The position numbers and the translations under genes are program-made. Below are positions 37,991 to 50,419 of a stretch of 64,000 nucleotides of DNA, piece by piece (position 1 is the first letter of the stretch; each line of letters opens with the position of its first letter). The notes below the pieces were generated by a model, which was not told where the DNA came from, ran no database searches, and saw nothing but the letters and a program-made list of their open reading frames with translations. The DNA comes from Dicyema japonicum. Lineage: Eukaryota > Animalia > Dicyemida. The stretch spans positions 1,113,653-1,177,652 of the forward strand of contig RDEW01000016.1 of the NCBI GenBank assembly GCA_011109175.1, read 5' to 3'.

Positions 37991-38647
37991 ACCAAAAATA
38001 TATGTGAAAACAAAGTAACTTCTGTTTTATCAATAATTCTAGATTTAATATCTCATCAGCTGTTGATTTTCTTGTGACCTAACCATGGTGGTAAAACATA
38101 ATATCTAAATAATTTATATAGATTTTTCAGATCAATAGCGTCACTAAATTTTTGAAAAGTAAAAACAAGTTTTTTTTTAATTTTCTCTTTTCAGCACCTC
38201 CTCTAGACACATATAGTTTTTCCATGTGCTGAATAAATTCTCAATTGAGAAATGGCGAGTAAAGGGTAATGGAACACGGAGATTGTCCATAAAATGATAA
38301 ATAAAGGAATTATCAAAGATATCGGGTCTTCAATTCCCTCTTCATAACACAGATTTTTTAAGGATTCCAGAAAAATTAGTCATTTAAGAAAATTCTGGTT
38401 CTGATAGCCCCTACAGGAATATAGGTAGAAGATTATGAAACAACTCTTCCTCGTCTTGGTCTTTAGGATACTGAAACTCCTGCTCGAAAATGTAAAAATA
38501 ATGGCAAAATACCAGGGAGTATAAAAATTGGTTCAAATTTTTGTGATATTATAATTGTATGATCTTATAATTCATATTTAATAATAATTGAATTTGAATA
38601 ATTCAAAAATGTAATTTTAAACTAATTCATTAATAATTAAAAAATGC

Positions 38648-38815
38648 CACGGGAGGGACTCTGGTTGAGGCAGAGGCTCGAAATGGCGATTATCAGAGGT
38701 AACGCCTTCGCTATTCTGTCGTCCTAATTATTGCCTAATTTTCATTATTAAAAATAATTGTATTCATTATAAATACTATAATTTGTTTAACCACAATCAA
38801 TAAAACGTGTTTTAT
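38648..38815 (+). mobile_element. CRE 3' end fragment (second family)
   Basis: REGLWLRQRLEMAIIRGNAFAILSS* parallels WLFQRISLAVVRGNSHSII of the 51.5 kb copy. Confidence 0.7.
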
Positions 38816-39657
38816 TTAGAGTCACATCAAATCAAAATACACTTGACCCTCTCAAATTGGCCTCATTTTGAAAACTTTTCTTTGAAAAAATCCTATTCCC
38901 CTTATTAATTTGCCAATTTTTAATTTAATTTTTAATAAAATTGTAAAAAAATGACCATTTACTCACTTCTTTCATAAATAAAAAAGTATTATTCAACAAT
39001 TTCCCCTTTTGACCGGATTGGGTATACAGCCAATTTTAATAAAATTTTCTGTTTTTATGCTCGAAATTTATTAGATTGATTTCGTAGATAAAACCAACTT
39101 TTCCAACTCTATAATAAATGCATTTAAAAAACTCAAAATAGCTTCGGTCAAGTTACTTTTGCATAAATTTTCTACACTTTTCATAGAAGTAAAACGATGT
39201 CCTATACCATCAAAGCAAGTTTTGTAAAATTTACTGTTCAACTTATGCAAGGAAAAAACATATTCGACTAAACATCAGTGACCTCTTTGATCCTAGAGTC
39301 GGTGAATGGAATGAGAAAATCAGATTTTTTACAGTAGCACCTGTGAAATACTAATAAAAATGATAAACCTGCTAGTTTGAAATATTTCGTATACAAAAAA
39401 TTCAATAAAAAGATGTTAGAAAATTCGTGAGTTGTAAGAAAATTCACCAGACGTTTTCTAATAACATTCTTAAGCTTTTCAATGACCCTCCTTATTTGAT
39501 TGCGGCATAACAGTTGATGGACACGTATTTTATTCAAAATCTCTAAAAATTAATAAATTAAAAATCAATAAAAATTTTGACTTTTTTTGACTTCATAACT
39601 TTTGATTTATATAAAATTTTGGATTAAAAATCACATTTTTATTAGTTTTTGAATTTC

Positions 39658-39730
39658 ATGCCGTGTGACTCGCCTATATGGTGGCATCGCTCACTTGAAG
39701 TGTTGGAAAAGAGTCGCAAACTTCCTATCC
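39658..39730 (+). ncRNA. Candidate structured RNA (pseudoknot) at LINE 5' end, copy E
   Basis: P1 ATGCC/GGCAT, P2 TGTGACTC/GAGTCGCA, P3 GCC/GGT, P4 CACT/AGTG, TTGGAAAA junction, CTTCCTATCC box. Confidence 0.75.
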
Positions 39731-39737
39731 CACAACC

Positions 39738-39803
39738 ATGGACGCGGGATGGTGTCGACTCCTACTTCTTTCCTTTGGAGATGTCGAAGAAAATCCTGGA
39801 CCA
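39738..39803 (+). other. N-terminal 2A-like peptide MDAGWCRLLLLSFGDVEENPG|P
   Basis: ATG in strong context (ACCATGG), full DVExNPGP consensus, in frame with APE start. Confidence 0.85.
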
Positions 39804-42239
39804 GATCTAGTCATATTACTAATTAACATCAATGGTATCCGAACAAAAATTGCCGAACTACAACGCTTTCTCATAAAACACTAAGTGGATATAGTCACTC
39901 TTTTAAGAGACGGAACTTAACCCACGGCGACCAACTCCGAACCTTCCGGAATACTCTGTTTTAGACAAGACAGAGGTCATGGAAAGGGAGGAGGCCTTAT
40001 TTCTCTACTCAGGAAGCATATAATGGTCGGAAATATCTCGGACGACATCCCGGACCCATCCCGCCAGGACGACACACTGGAACATCTAACTCTAAGAATA
40101 TGTCTACCCTCTATCCGATTGACAGTTATCAATATGTACATACTCCCTCCACCGTCATGCCCCAGCGGCTACAGCCCCGAACTCAAGCGATTCACCAGGT
40201 TAGAAAACACGCTAATTGGCGGTGACCTAAATGCGAAGAGTTCTCAATGGTATGCTGACCAACAACTGGACCAACGGGGAGCCCTCATATCCGACAGTTT
40301 TGACGACTTGATCATTCTCAATAATCCAAGCAAACACACAAGGTCCCCTTCCCGTCGAGGCGACTCCTCTACTTCACCAGACATTTCTTTTGCTGCCCCT
40401 TTTTTTGCGGCTGTTATTTCATGGGATGTTATATACGATACCGACCATAACCCGATCTTCATGAGGATCCAACAAAAACATAAGTTAATGAACACTCCAA
40501 GAACCAATGTGAACTTCACAAAGGCAATGTGCCTTCACACATTTTACCGAACTACACCTCCAGACCTTCCGGATAGAGAACTTAGGATCTATCGACGCTG
40601 CTGTCAAAACCTCAACGAGATTATACTCCGAGCTCGCAAAAGATACATTCCGATGAGTCGTCCTCAACGTCCATCACACCCAATTGATGCTGAAACGCGT
40701 GATCTAATCCAAACGAGAAATAAGCTGAAGAATTTCGAAAGACAATCAGTGGACGTAACTGAAAGAATATCAAAACTGAACAAAGAAATCACGCGGAACA
40801 TCACAAAACACAACAAAGAACGTTGGGAAGCCTTGCTCAGAAAAGCTACGAATAATGCTTCCCCCACTGTATTATTGAAGTTGATAAAGAGGCTCAAGAG
40901 TACTCTCCAGATATAATTGACATCAAGAGCTATATCCAAATCCCAATGACATCATGAAGTACTATGTGAATATTAGTCATAAACCATATTCAATGACCTG
41001 GATGTTCGTTCTGGCAATGGTCGAAGGAATAAATGTCCCAACATGACTTTCTTCGACCCTTCAACGGTGCACTCAGTAATCAGCAAAATGAATAACTCGT
41101 CGTCCCGCGGTTCAGATGACATCTCTATTCTCGAACTAAAACACCTGGGTCCTTTTCGCGACGGCCGCAATAACAAAAATTTTCGACCTCTCAATAAACG
41201 AGAACAAGATTCCGTAAATATGAAAGAAATCTCTGATACACCCATCCTGAAGAAAAACAAACTGCCCGTCCTCCTACCGCCCGGTATCCATCATCTGCGC
41301 CTTATCACGAGTGTTAGAAAAACTGGTCCTTCTCAAGATCCGTCATTTCATAACTTTACCATCTTTTCAACACGGATTCCGCGAAGGACACTCAACAACA
41401 ACTCATCTAACAAAACTGGTTCAATTCATTTCGGACGGCCTGAATACCCAAAATTTACACGAGAAAACCGTGCTAGTCTTAGTGGATGTGGAGAAGGCTT
41501 TTCACTCAGTATCTCGGAAGATCCTTACACAAAAATTTTTACGACGTCGATCCACCCTAAATTCAAGTCATGGTTGGCTAACTTCATCGGCAGTCGAATG
41601 GGGCAAACAACCAAAAATCAAAACCGCGATACCTTCCAAATGGAGTTCCACAAGGATCACCGTTGTCTCCAATGCTTTTCAACATGTTCATCACCGACCT
41701 ACCATCCTTAACCACCAAAAACACAATTCTTCTATTGCATGCGGTTGATATCGTGGTCGCAGTGAAACATCGAAGAATCGAGGAGGCGACACGATCCGTG
41801 CAACACTTACTAAACCAGATGGGTCTTTGGTTCCTGAGAACCGTTTGAATATATCACCAGGAAAGTCACATGTAATGACGTTTACCTCAGCACGATAAGA
41901 TCTATGGGCAACACCACGAATAAAATTGTATGATTCTCCGCTTTCCATTAAGAAGACCCTTTCAATCCTTGTAGTCATCCTGGATTTCCTACTCACATTT
42001 ACCCATCAAGTGGACCTAGTAGCCCCGAGGATCCAAAAGAAAATTGGAATTCTCAAGGCTTTCACTCACTCTCCAGTATCTTCCCGCCCATCGTTAGAGC
42101 TTCTATACAAACAATTTGTTCTACCTAGTATCGAGTACGCCTGTGCTGCATGGATTGCCCCCTTATCAATATTGGCACAGAGCAAGCTGAAGGTTTTACA
42201 AAATCTATTTCTCAGGATTCTATTGAGATCGTCTTAAAA

Positions 42240-43480
42240 GGGAGTGCGGAAAAAAAGTAAAGTCGTCTTTTTTAGTTTATATCGTATTTTTATAGCATTA
42301 ATAGCATCTTTTAATTTTTAATATTTTTTTCAACACTTGACTTTTTTTCCATTTGACTTTTTTCCAATTATCTTAAATTTTCGCTTATAAATTTTCGAAA
42401 TTTAGCGCAAATCGGAAAAAAAAGTCAAGTCTGTGATATCGTTAGCGGACTAGACTTTTTTTCCCGTTTGGTATAATCGCTTTGACTAAATCAATTTAAG
42501 AATTTCAAGGTAATAATAAAATTGACTTGACTTTGGTTCGCTTTGGTTTAATCTTTTTGACTTGATATACGGATTCAAGGTTATAATTATGCTTGCCGCA
42601 AAAATAAGAGACAAAATGGAGATAATATCAACTAAAAAAGAGGAAAGAAAATTTGTTTTAAGCGTTGTATGTATACAAAGCGCTCGGTGACAAAAAACTA
42701 CATAATTTTTAAATGGGTGAAAAATCTTCACAAGGATGCAGAGGACACATAAGAATAGATCATAATTTTGGATTTCCCAAAGAAGGAATCTCTCACAATC
42801 ACGAATTTAACGAAAGTCAAATAAAACTGATGAAATTGTGCAGCAAGGCAAAACTTATTGCTAAAACGAGTCAAGAAATCCCTTACAAATCTATTCAAAA
42901 GTTGTGTCTCAATGTGAAACAACAACCAGAATTATCTCCTTCTGCAGATTCTTTTAAGTGAACACTAAGGAATCAACGCTTGTCTCTACATATTCCAAAA
43001 AATATTTTCGATCTCGGAGATATTCCATCGTCTTTATCTTTAATCCTTGGTCCAGATTCAGAAATTTTTTTAATTTATGATAATCATAGAAGAACCGATA
43101 GAATATTAATATTCAGCACCAAAACTAATTTAACGTTATTGGCGAATTCAAAATCATGGTATATGGATGAAAATTTCTCTATGGCACATTTTATCAGGAT
43201 TCAGTTCAATGCCAGTGCAATTACAGTTGTTTATGGAATATTACCTTCTAAATCACGATAGATTTACGAAGAATTTTTTGAGGCTATTCAAATGCAATTC
43301 ATAATTTGAATTTGGAATTTTGTCTTGAAACTATTATGGCAGACTTTGAAGATTCGGTATTTCGAGCTGTCCTTGCAGTATTTGGGAGACGAATACATAT
43401 TAGGGGATGTTATTATCATCTAAGACAGTCAACTTGGAGAAAAATTCAAGAATTGCATCTAGTAAAACAAATCTAGTAAA
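42240..43480 (+). mobile_element. MULE transposon fragment
   Basis: Terminus GGGAGTGCGGAAAAAAAGT with AAAAAAGTCAA/TTGACTTTTTT subterminal repeats; ILIFSTKTNL..SWYMD, DFEDSVFRAV..GCYYHLRQSTWRKIQ. Confidence 0.75.
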
Positions 43481-43519
43481 CAATCAAGGCCTCACGTGGA
43501 TGTTAAAAATATGATTTTT

Positions 43520-44250
43520 TCAATAATAATAATTATTATTAACCCAAGAACACCAATAGTTAATTTAATTACTAAATTAATTGTCCTTGAAGGCCTCAAT
43601 CAAATTCCTCATCCTCTCATTGTGCGCCTTCTGGGATCCAACGCAAATTCTCTGTGGGCGGGATGATTTGGGGAATAGAAATTAGATAGGGGTGGTGTAT
43701 ACCCTTCTCATAAAACACGTTTTGGTTGTGTACTGCTGGGTGTTGCACTGCCTGCACAGGATAGAAATACCTTTCTATTTTGTCGAATAAGGTCTTCAAG
43801 TAATGAGGGAATTAGTTTTTCTAGTTTCCCGAGATTACTAATAGTAGTGGTTGTCAAGGCCTGAAAGTCCCGGATTCTTTGTTTGTCCTTCTAGGACAAA
43901 TTGATTCTCCATGACGTGACAGATGGCTCAATGAATTGTTTGTACAACAATTTCAAAGCTAGAAAGTTGTTTTAATGCTACCGAAAATAGTTTTGATTAT
44001 CCCTAGCTTTTTTGAGCAGCTTCCAAAGATGCCGTCGACATGAAATGAAAAGTACATTTGTGTGTCGATTTTCAGTTTTTTTTGTGAAATGTATTTTGTC
44101 TGGTTGATAAATATATCCACTGTCATTTGTCCAAGTCGTTTGTCTGAGGTAAATAAGGAATAAGATTTTTCAGTAGATATATCAAGTCGGTTATAGTTTA
44201 GCCAAATTTGAATCTTGTGAAGGTATTCTTGTAGTCATTCTGATGCCTTT
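43520..44250 (-). mobile_element. LINE 3' fragment
   Basis: LLYKQFIEP-like motif, ends gggttaataataatt. Confidence 0.6.
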
Positions 44251-44259
44251 AAGAGATCT

Positions 44260-46350
44260 TGATCGTTGGATCCGATTAATAGGTCATCAGCATACGATAG
44301 GAGGAAATCCTCAGCTTATTTAAGAGAAAAGCACTTTACTGCTCTCCAGGTAAACATAAATAAAATTAAAGGAAAAATCAGGGAACTTCGCTCACTCATG
44401 GCTTGTCAGAAGATCAACGTGGAGATGATTCAAGAGAATAAACTCACTTTTAATGACCCTACCCCTACATTCCCAGAATACAAGGCTATCAGAATGGACC
44501 GTAAAGGTAGAAGAGGTGGAGGTCTACGCACTCCATTCAAAAGAACTTGAAATGCAGAGACATTTCCTCGGAAGTGAGAAAACTTGTTGGGGATGATGAT
44601 GTTGCCGAAATAATTGGAATTTCGCTCGGGACAACAAAAGGAAGACTATGCCTTTGAATATCTACGTTCTGCCTCCTGGGTTTCATGCCCGAAAAGTATG
44701 TTGTGCCAAACCTATCAAGACTGTCTTCTATCGATGAGATCATCTTTTGGGGGAATTGAATGCAAAGCATCCCTTGTGGCTGTCAACTCAACTATCTGAC
44801 ATGAGAAGGTAACTATTGTTATCCCAAACGGATTCCCTAACGACATCGAGCGATCCATCGAGAAATACAAGGACACCACTGAGAGAGACAGATAAATTTA
44901 CCTCACTGGACGTAACACTCTCTCATCGTCGCTTTCATCAAAAACTGATTGGTCTGTCCTCTACGAAACAAGAAACGACCATAATCCAATTTTGGTGAAG
45001 ATCAAAAGAGAGGCCAACGTGAGGAGAATTATCAAACTACATGCTGCCTCATCACTAAACAACATTATAAGCAGTTCTCTTTGTTCATTCAGGAAGCTAG
45101 AAAATTATTTATTCCAATGGGAAGACAACAAACAGGCGATTCAATTCAACAGCAAACATTTAGTCAAGAAAGAAAATATTTAAAGAAAAAAACATACCGT
45201 AGAAGGAGGATACAATAAGAATTCTTACACTTAACAAACAGATTAACAAATATATCAGTAAAACAAACGATAAACATGGACAGAACTATCAAAAGTCCTA
45301 ACAGAAAACCCGTCAGTACAGAAGGTCTGGAACAAAATCAAGTCTACCAAAAGGTCTTTGAACTGCAAAATGGGATATCATTACAACCAAACATTTTAAT
45401 GAAATACTATGCTTCCATAACACATAAAACTACTCCAAAAAACACTAAGTACTCTTAAACAGAATAAAACCGAAATACATGTGGACCATATTTACGGCGA
45501 AGGACGTCCAGTGGGCAATATAAAGGCCTGAAACTCAAAAGCCCGAGGTCCAGACAATATTTATACAACAGAACTAAAGCATATATGACCACTTGCTTTA
45601 GATTTGTTTGTTTACATATTCACAATATCAATAAATATGAAAATTATTCCGGATGTCTGGAAGAGAACATACATCAAACCGATGTTGAAGCCAGGGAAAT
45701 CCGAAAATGACTCCTCTTCCTACAGACCAATCTCGATCATATGTTCATATTCCCGAATACTCGAAAAATTAGTTTTTGAAAGTATCAAAGACTACATCCT
45801 TTGCAACGTGGATTCGGAGCTAAACACTCCACAGCAACATACCTAACGTCCCTGTGCCGATTCATTGCGGAGGGAATCAATTCCATTAAACCACACCAAC
45901 GAACAGTCTTGGTCACTGTTGATATAACAAAGGACACAGTCTCAAGAAAACTCCTTACTGATAAAATTTACGAGTTTGTCAAGCCGACGTTGCTGTATCC
46001 AAGTGAGGCTTGGTCTTTGTTTCAAGAACATCGACCATCAAATATTCAAAAGGCCGCAAGGACTATTATCGGCCCAACATTCTTCCCTATATCTACAGAA
46101 GATCTTTTCATCCAAAAACAAAGAATTCTCATCAGAGAAGCAAGGATACCAGATCATCCTCTGCAAGAGCTACTCATCTCATAAATCCATGACAAGCAAG
46201 AGATATGAGGCGAAGCCCTGACCTTTTAGAAGGGCAATTCTGGACGCTCGTTCCCGGAGGACCCAGGTGTCGGTTTGGGATAACTTAGTTAGTTAAGAAC
46301 ATTCTTTATTCTTTTAACCCGATGATCCTGGGACAATAATAATAATTTTA
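44260..46350 (+). mobile_element. Ingi/Vingi-like LINE, heavily decayed with internal deletions
   Basis: ALQVNINKIKGK, MIQENKL, WKRTYIKPMLKPGK..SYRPISI; 3' end gatgatcctgggacaataataataat. Confidence 0.75.
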
Positions 46351-46785
46351 TGGCACACTCTTCTTCTAAAAGAAGAATAGGGATTACCATCAATCTGGAT
46401 TAAAATCCACTTAATTAGTTGATTTACTCGTTAATTTTCAATCATAAGATAAATTTAATTTAACTCATTAATAAAATGACCCTTCAATTAAAATGGCATT
46501 TTATAGAAAAAATTGTTATAATTTTGAATCATAAATTTGTTTCTTGGTTTAACTTTATTAATATTTGATTAGTTTTTGGGTTTGATGGCAAATAAAATTC
46601 TCTGTTTGGTTCACTAATGTATCATTGATGGCTTTTAAAGCAGAAGGTTAGCCACTTCGTAAAATGAGAAGGTAGATAAGAAAATAGTTTATATATTATT
46701 TTGTGGTAAAATACTAAAACATAGCTTGTTAAAGATAGAAAAATGAATAGAATCGAATAAGTATTAGTGAAATGAGATAGTAAAT

Positions 46786-49225
46786 TTAATGGTCAAAACT
46801 TCGGGCTAAAAAATTTAAATAATAAAGAAACTTCGGAAGCTACCAAATGACCTCAAAGATAATGGAGCTGAAAATGAATAACCTCTTCTGTAAATTTAAA
46901 GAAAATGATTAACTTTTTGTAAATGTAAACTCCAACAGCAATTAGTCCAGCCGCTATGACAGCAAAGAATAATACAACTCCCAGAGCTACGCTATTCGAC
47001 TTTTTAGCTGCAAATTAAATAAAATTTAAACAGGCAGAGATGCTACCAGTAGAAGCTAAATAGTTAGGTAAAATAGAAACAGCTTGACGACGTTTGGATG
47101 GTAGTGACAGTCGAGGGTTGAGTTGTTGTGGTCGTCGTAGTTGTGGAAGTCGACGTGGTAGTTGAAGATATTTTTGAAGTTGTTGAAGTCATTGTTGGAA
47201 CGTCTTTATCATTCAAAAAAAAACTATCTCCGACGCAAACAGCGACTTTTGTATTTTTGCATGAATCAGTAATCCATGTTTGATTGGGAAGTATAGCAAC
47301 GCATGAAATTAAAAAGTCGTCACTTTTTGGTTCACCGGGAGCCCAGTTTGGTGTGTTCTATAATAAATAAATAACGACACAGATGGGGTATTATCCAACC
47401 AAGTAAACTTTGTGTCATTCCACAAAATTCTATAGTCTATGTGAAAGCTAACATTTATGAGATCTATGGTTAATCAAAACATTTACATTTATTGATTTTT
47501 TCGAATGTATAAGAGTCTGTATCTTTTATGAGTGTCAGGCCATAATAAGCGCAAAGTCTAGCAGAATCGTGAAAGCCGAGAAGACCACCGAATAAGGAAT
47601 ATACAGAAGAACCAAGAGTAAAAGAATATGCGGTTATAGGTTTCTCTAAAAATTATTAAGCCACAAACCATAATAATCAGTTGAACAATTTATAGTCGAT
47701 GGTCTACCTCTGTTGTTTTCACGACATGCAAAGGTTGAGGGTTTGCAAACATCGTTTTTCCACTTCCCAGAGTCGTATTGAGCATAAACACATTCTTTAT
47801 CACTGTTAGAATCAGGATATCCGGAAGCCCAGTTTGTGTATTTCTAAAATAACTATTATAGTAACATCTTTAAATCCATCACCTCGAACCAATAAATGTT
47901 TAACATAAAATACTCCGTAATTCAAACCAATCGTAAATTCGGAATTTTCTTAAAATAAATATTCTAATAACCCATCACTGCACAATTTTCTAAACTGTTA
48001 CGGGGAACAAATAGAACGTCACCACGACGACTGCACAGGGTTTTTGCTTCTGTCTGATTTGCTTCAAAATCAAATATTCTTATAGAATATGTTTCATATT
48101 GTATTATTTGGGCAAAGTATCCTAAAATGATATCCTACCGTTACTTTGTTTTCTCTCATAGCTACAATTAGCAGGAACAGCATCCTTAACCACAGTATCT
48201 AGGAATCATACTCTAGTAGACCTGTTTCACAGATAATATGCTTTTTCGCTGTACACTCTTGTGTCTTGAATTCTCCATGTATGTGACTTCGAATTACACA
48301 AAGTTCTTTTTGTGGTTGACCTGGTAACCACGGAAGATATGACTGCCTGTAATTTTAAAGTATAACCGCTTGATATCCTTTAACAGTCATGAATGTTTGT
48401 TTTATATTTGTGATTCCAACATAAATAAAACCATGATTTTTGGCTATGAATTACTATTTATTTGAACAATTTATAGCGCAGTTTTCTAATCCGTCGTTTG
48501 GGATGAAAATATATCCGTTGTGGTCATTTTTACAGATTTGAAGGATATTTTCGTAATCCCGATATACCTTATAAATGTAATACGAGTGTCCTCTGAATGT
48601 GAGCAAATCATCGTATTTGACTATAAATTATGTCACATAGTACTATTAATAAATTTATCCCCTGTAACGTTGACTCCGTTTGATGAGATAGAATCTATTA
48701 TGACATTTTTGATAACCATCTTCGCATATGTATAAGTATTGATACCATTGGGATACACCAGTCCATTTTCCATTAACCTCATTTATCAGTGCTCTAGTGT
48801 TGTAATATCCAGGTTTTGAACCAAAATTATTGTATGACTACATATTATTGTATAATACGAGTTTTTTGTCAGTATGGAGAGTGGAATATTCATTATACCC
48901 ATAATACTTCCCAATGCCGATTAAACGATTATTTCTGAGAAAACCTTAAAATTTAATATTATAATCTATACTGAAAATTACTTTATTCTCCTCGCTATCT
49001 TGAATATCCACAGAATAGTGTTTATCATAGCCGCAGACATTATCTAACCAGTATCCATTTGTTGTTCTTGAAGAAAAGTAATATGAGTGATTATTGTAGT
49101 TGAAAATTTGGGAGTATGAGGCACCTTAATGTAAGACTTATGAGATTACCAGAAATCAAGAAACATAGTAGGAATCCTAAAATCAATTTAAATTATATCA
49201 AACCGACTAAAAAGTTGAAAATCAT
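46786..49225 (-). CDS. Four-CTLD membrane receptor paralog C (apparently intact)
   Basis: Manual splicing of the same micro-intron set gives an uninterrupted frame from MIFNFLVGFLLCFLISG to the TM and tail RRGYSFSAPLSLRSF. Confidence 0.88.
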
Positions 49226-50419
49226 TTTTGTCAAATTACCGATAATTAATTTATATGGACAAAAAAGATAATATTTAATTTGCGGTTCATAATGAAATAG
49301 CATTTCCCTTTGTTCTATTAACTTCGTATTCATTAAAAAAACCCATAAATTGATGAATTGATAATTGTTTTCCTTTGTTGGGTTAAATAATTTCATTTCT
49401 TTATTACTCACGATCCCTTAAATGATGGAAACGGACGATTAATCTCAGTATTCTTGAATCTAAACCAAAGGCGCGGTTTTGCAGGGAAGCTCCCAGCAGA
49501 CTAGGACAAGAGAAAAGGCGATCATCTTTTATCGCTAATCATACTGAATAGCGCAGTCACACATCTGATTGCCCGATGCTTTTTCATAAGTAATGCAAGA
49601 TGATTTTCACGTTAAAATACAATTCTGTTTTGGCTATTTTTGACTTTAACATTTATTTTATCTCAAATTTATCTCGAATGTGACTGCTAATTTTTGTCAT
49701 TCATTTGAATATTGAGTAGCTTATTATTATTTTTCGACACGTGATAGGCTATTTTTATATTCTCATTAAAATTCGCCCACACCTAAATCCACCTAGTTTT
49801 GTCTATTGTGCTTAAATAATTTTCATAGACCAGAAAATGTACCACCCGCTTGATATTATGGTTTAGTAATAACTACAAACACAAGAGAAGAGGTTTGCTC
49901 TACTCAATCCAAAATGAAGTAAACATTTAATGATGTTATTGGAAGTTATGTAATTTCTCTTTAAATATGATTTATCTTGTAAAATTTTAGAAATTTTTCT
50001 CTGTCATTTTGCTTTAAGACTTGTCATTACCCCCTCATAATACAGATGTTCCTGACTTATCCACAACGTCCACCCTCACAAAAGGAAAGACAAGATTTTT
50101 CATCCTTCATGAAGCTAAGTGAAGATTTCGTGCATTAAAAATACGTCACCACCCAAACCATTAGAATGATTAACTGGACTTGAAACCCATCTACTTTATG
50201 GTCCTCAGAAATAAGCCTATGAGTGGTTGTTTCCATAGATACGCGTGGGTAATTTGAATATTGTTAAAAAGTCATTTCTTTTGTCAAACAAAATTAATTT
50301 ATACTGCGGTTTCGGATACAATCACTCTCTCCTTATGGAATGGAAATTTAAAAAATATATTAAAGGCCTTGTGAAACCTTATTTGAATTTATGACAAAAA
50401 TTTGAAGATTTTGAATATT

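Larger units (their letters stand above)
39658..42236 (+). mobile_element. Ingi/Vingi-like LINE (2A-APE-RT), decayed, 3' end cut by MULE
   Basis: GDVEENPGP, LINING, GGDLNAK, TDHNPI, QHGFREGHSTTTHL, DVEKAF. Confidence 0.85.

Noticed and set aside
39658-39730. Interpretation of the 5' motif as a hammerhead, twister or pistol ribozyme
   Set aside because: GAAA is present but the CUGANGA core and NUH site are absent; twister and pistol consensus nucleotides were not found by eye
44290-44335. Possible degenerate 2A (gataggaggaaatcct) before the APE of the 44.3 kb LINE
   Set aside because: Needs several edits to reach DxExNPGP, and no upstream pseudoknot was found
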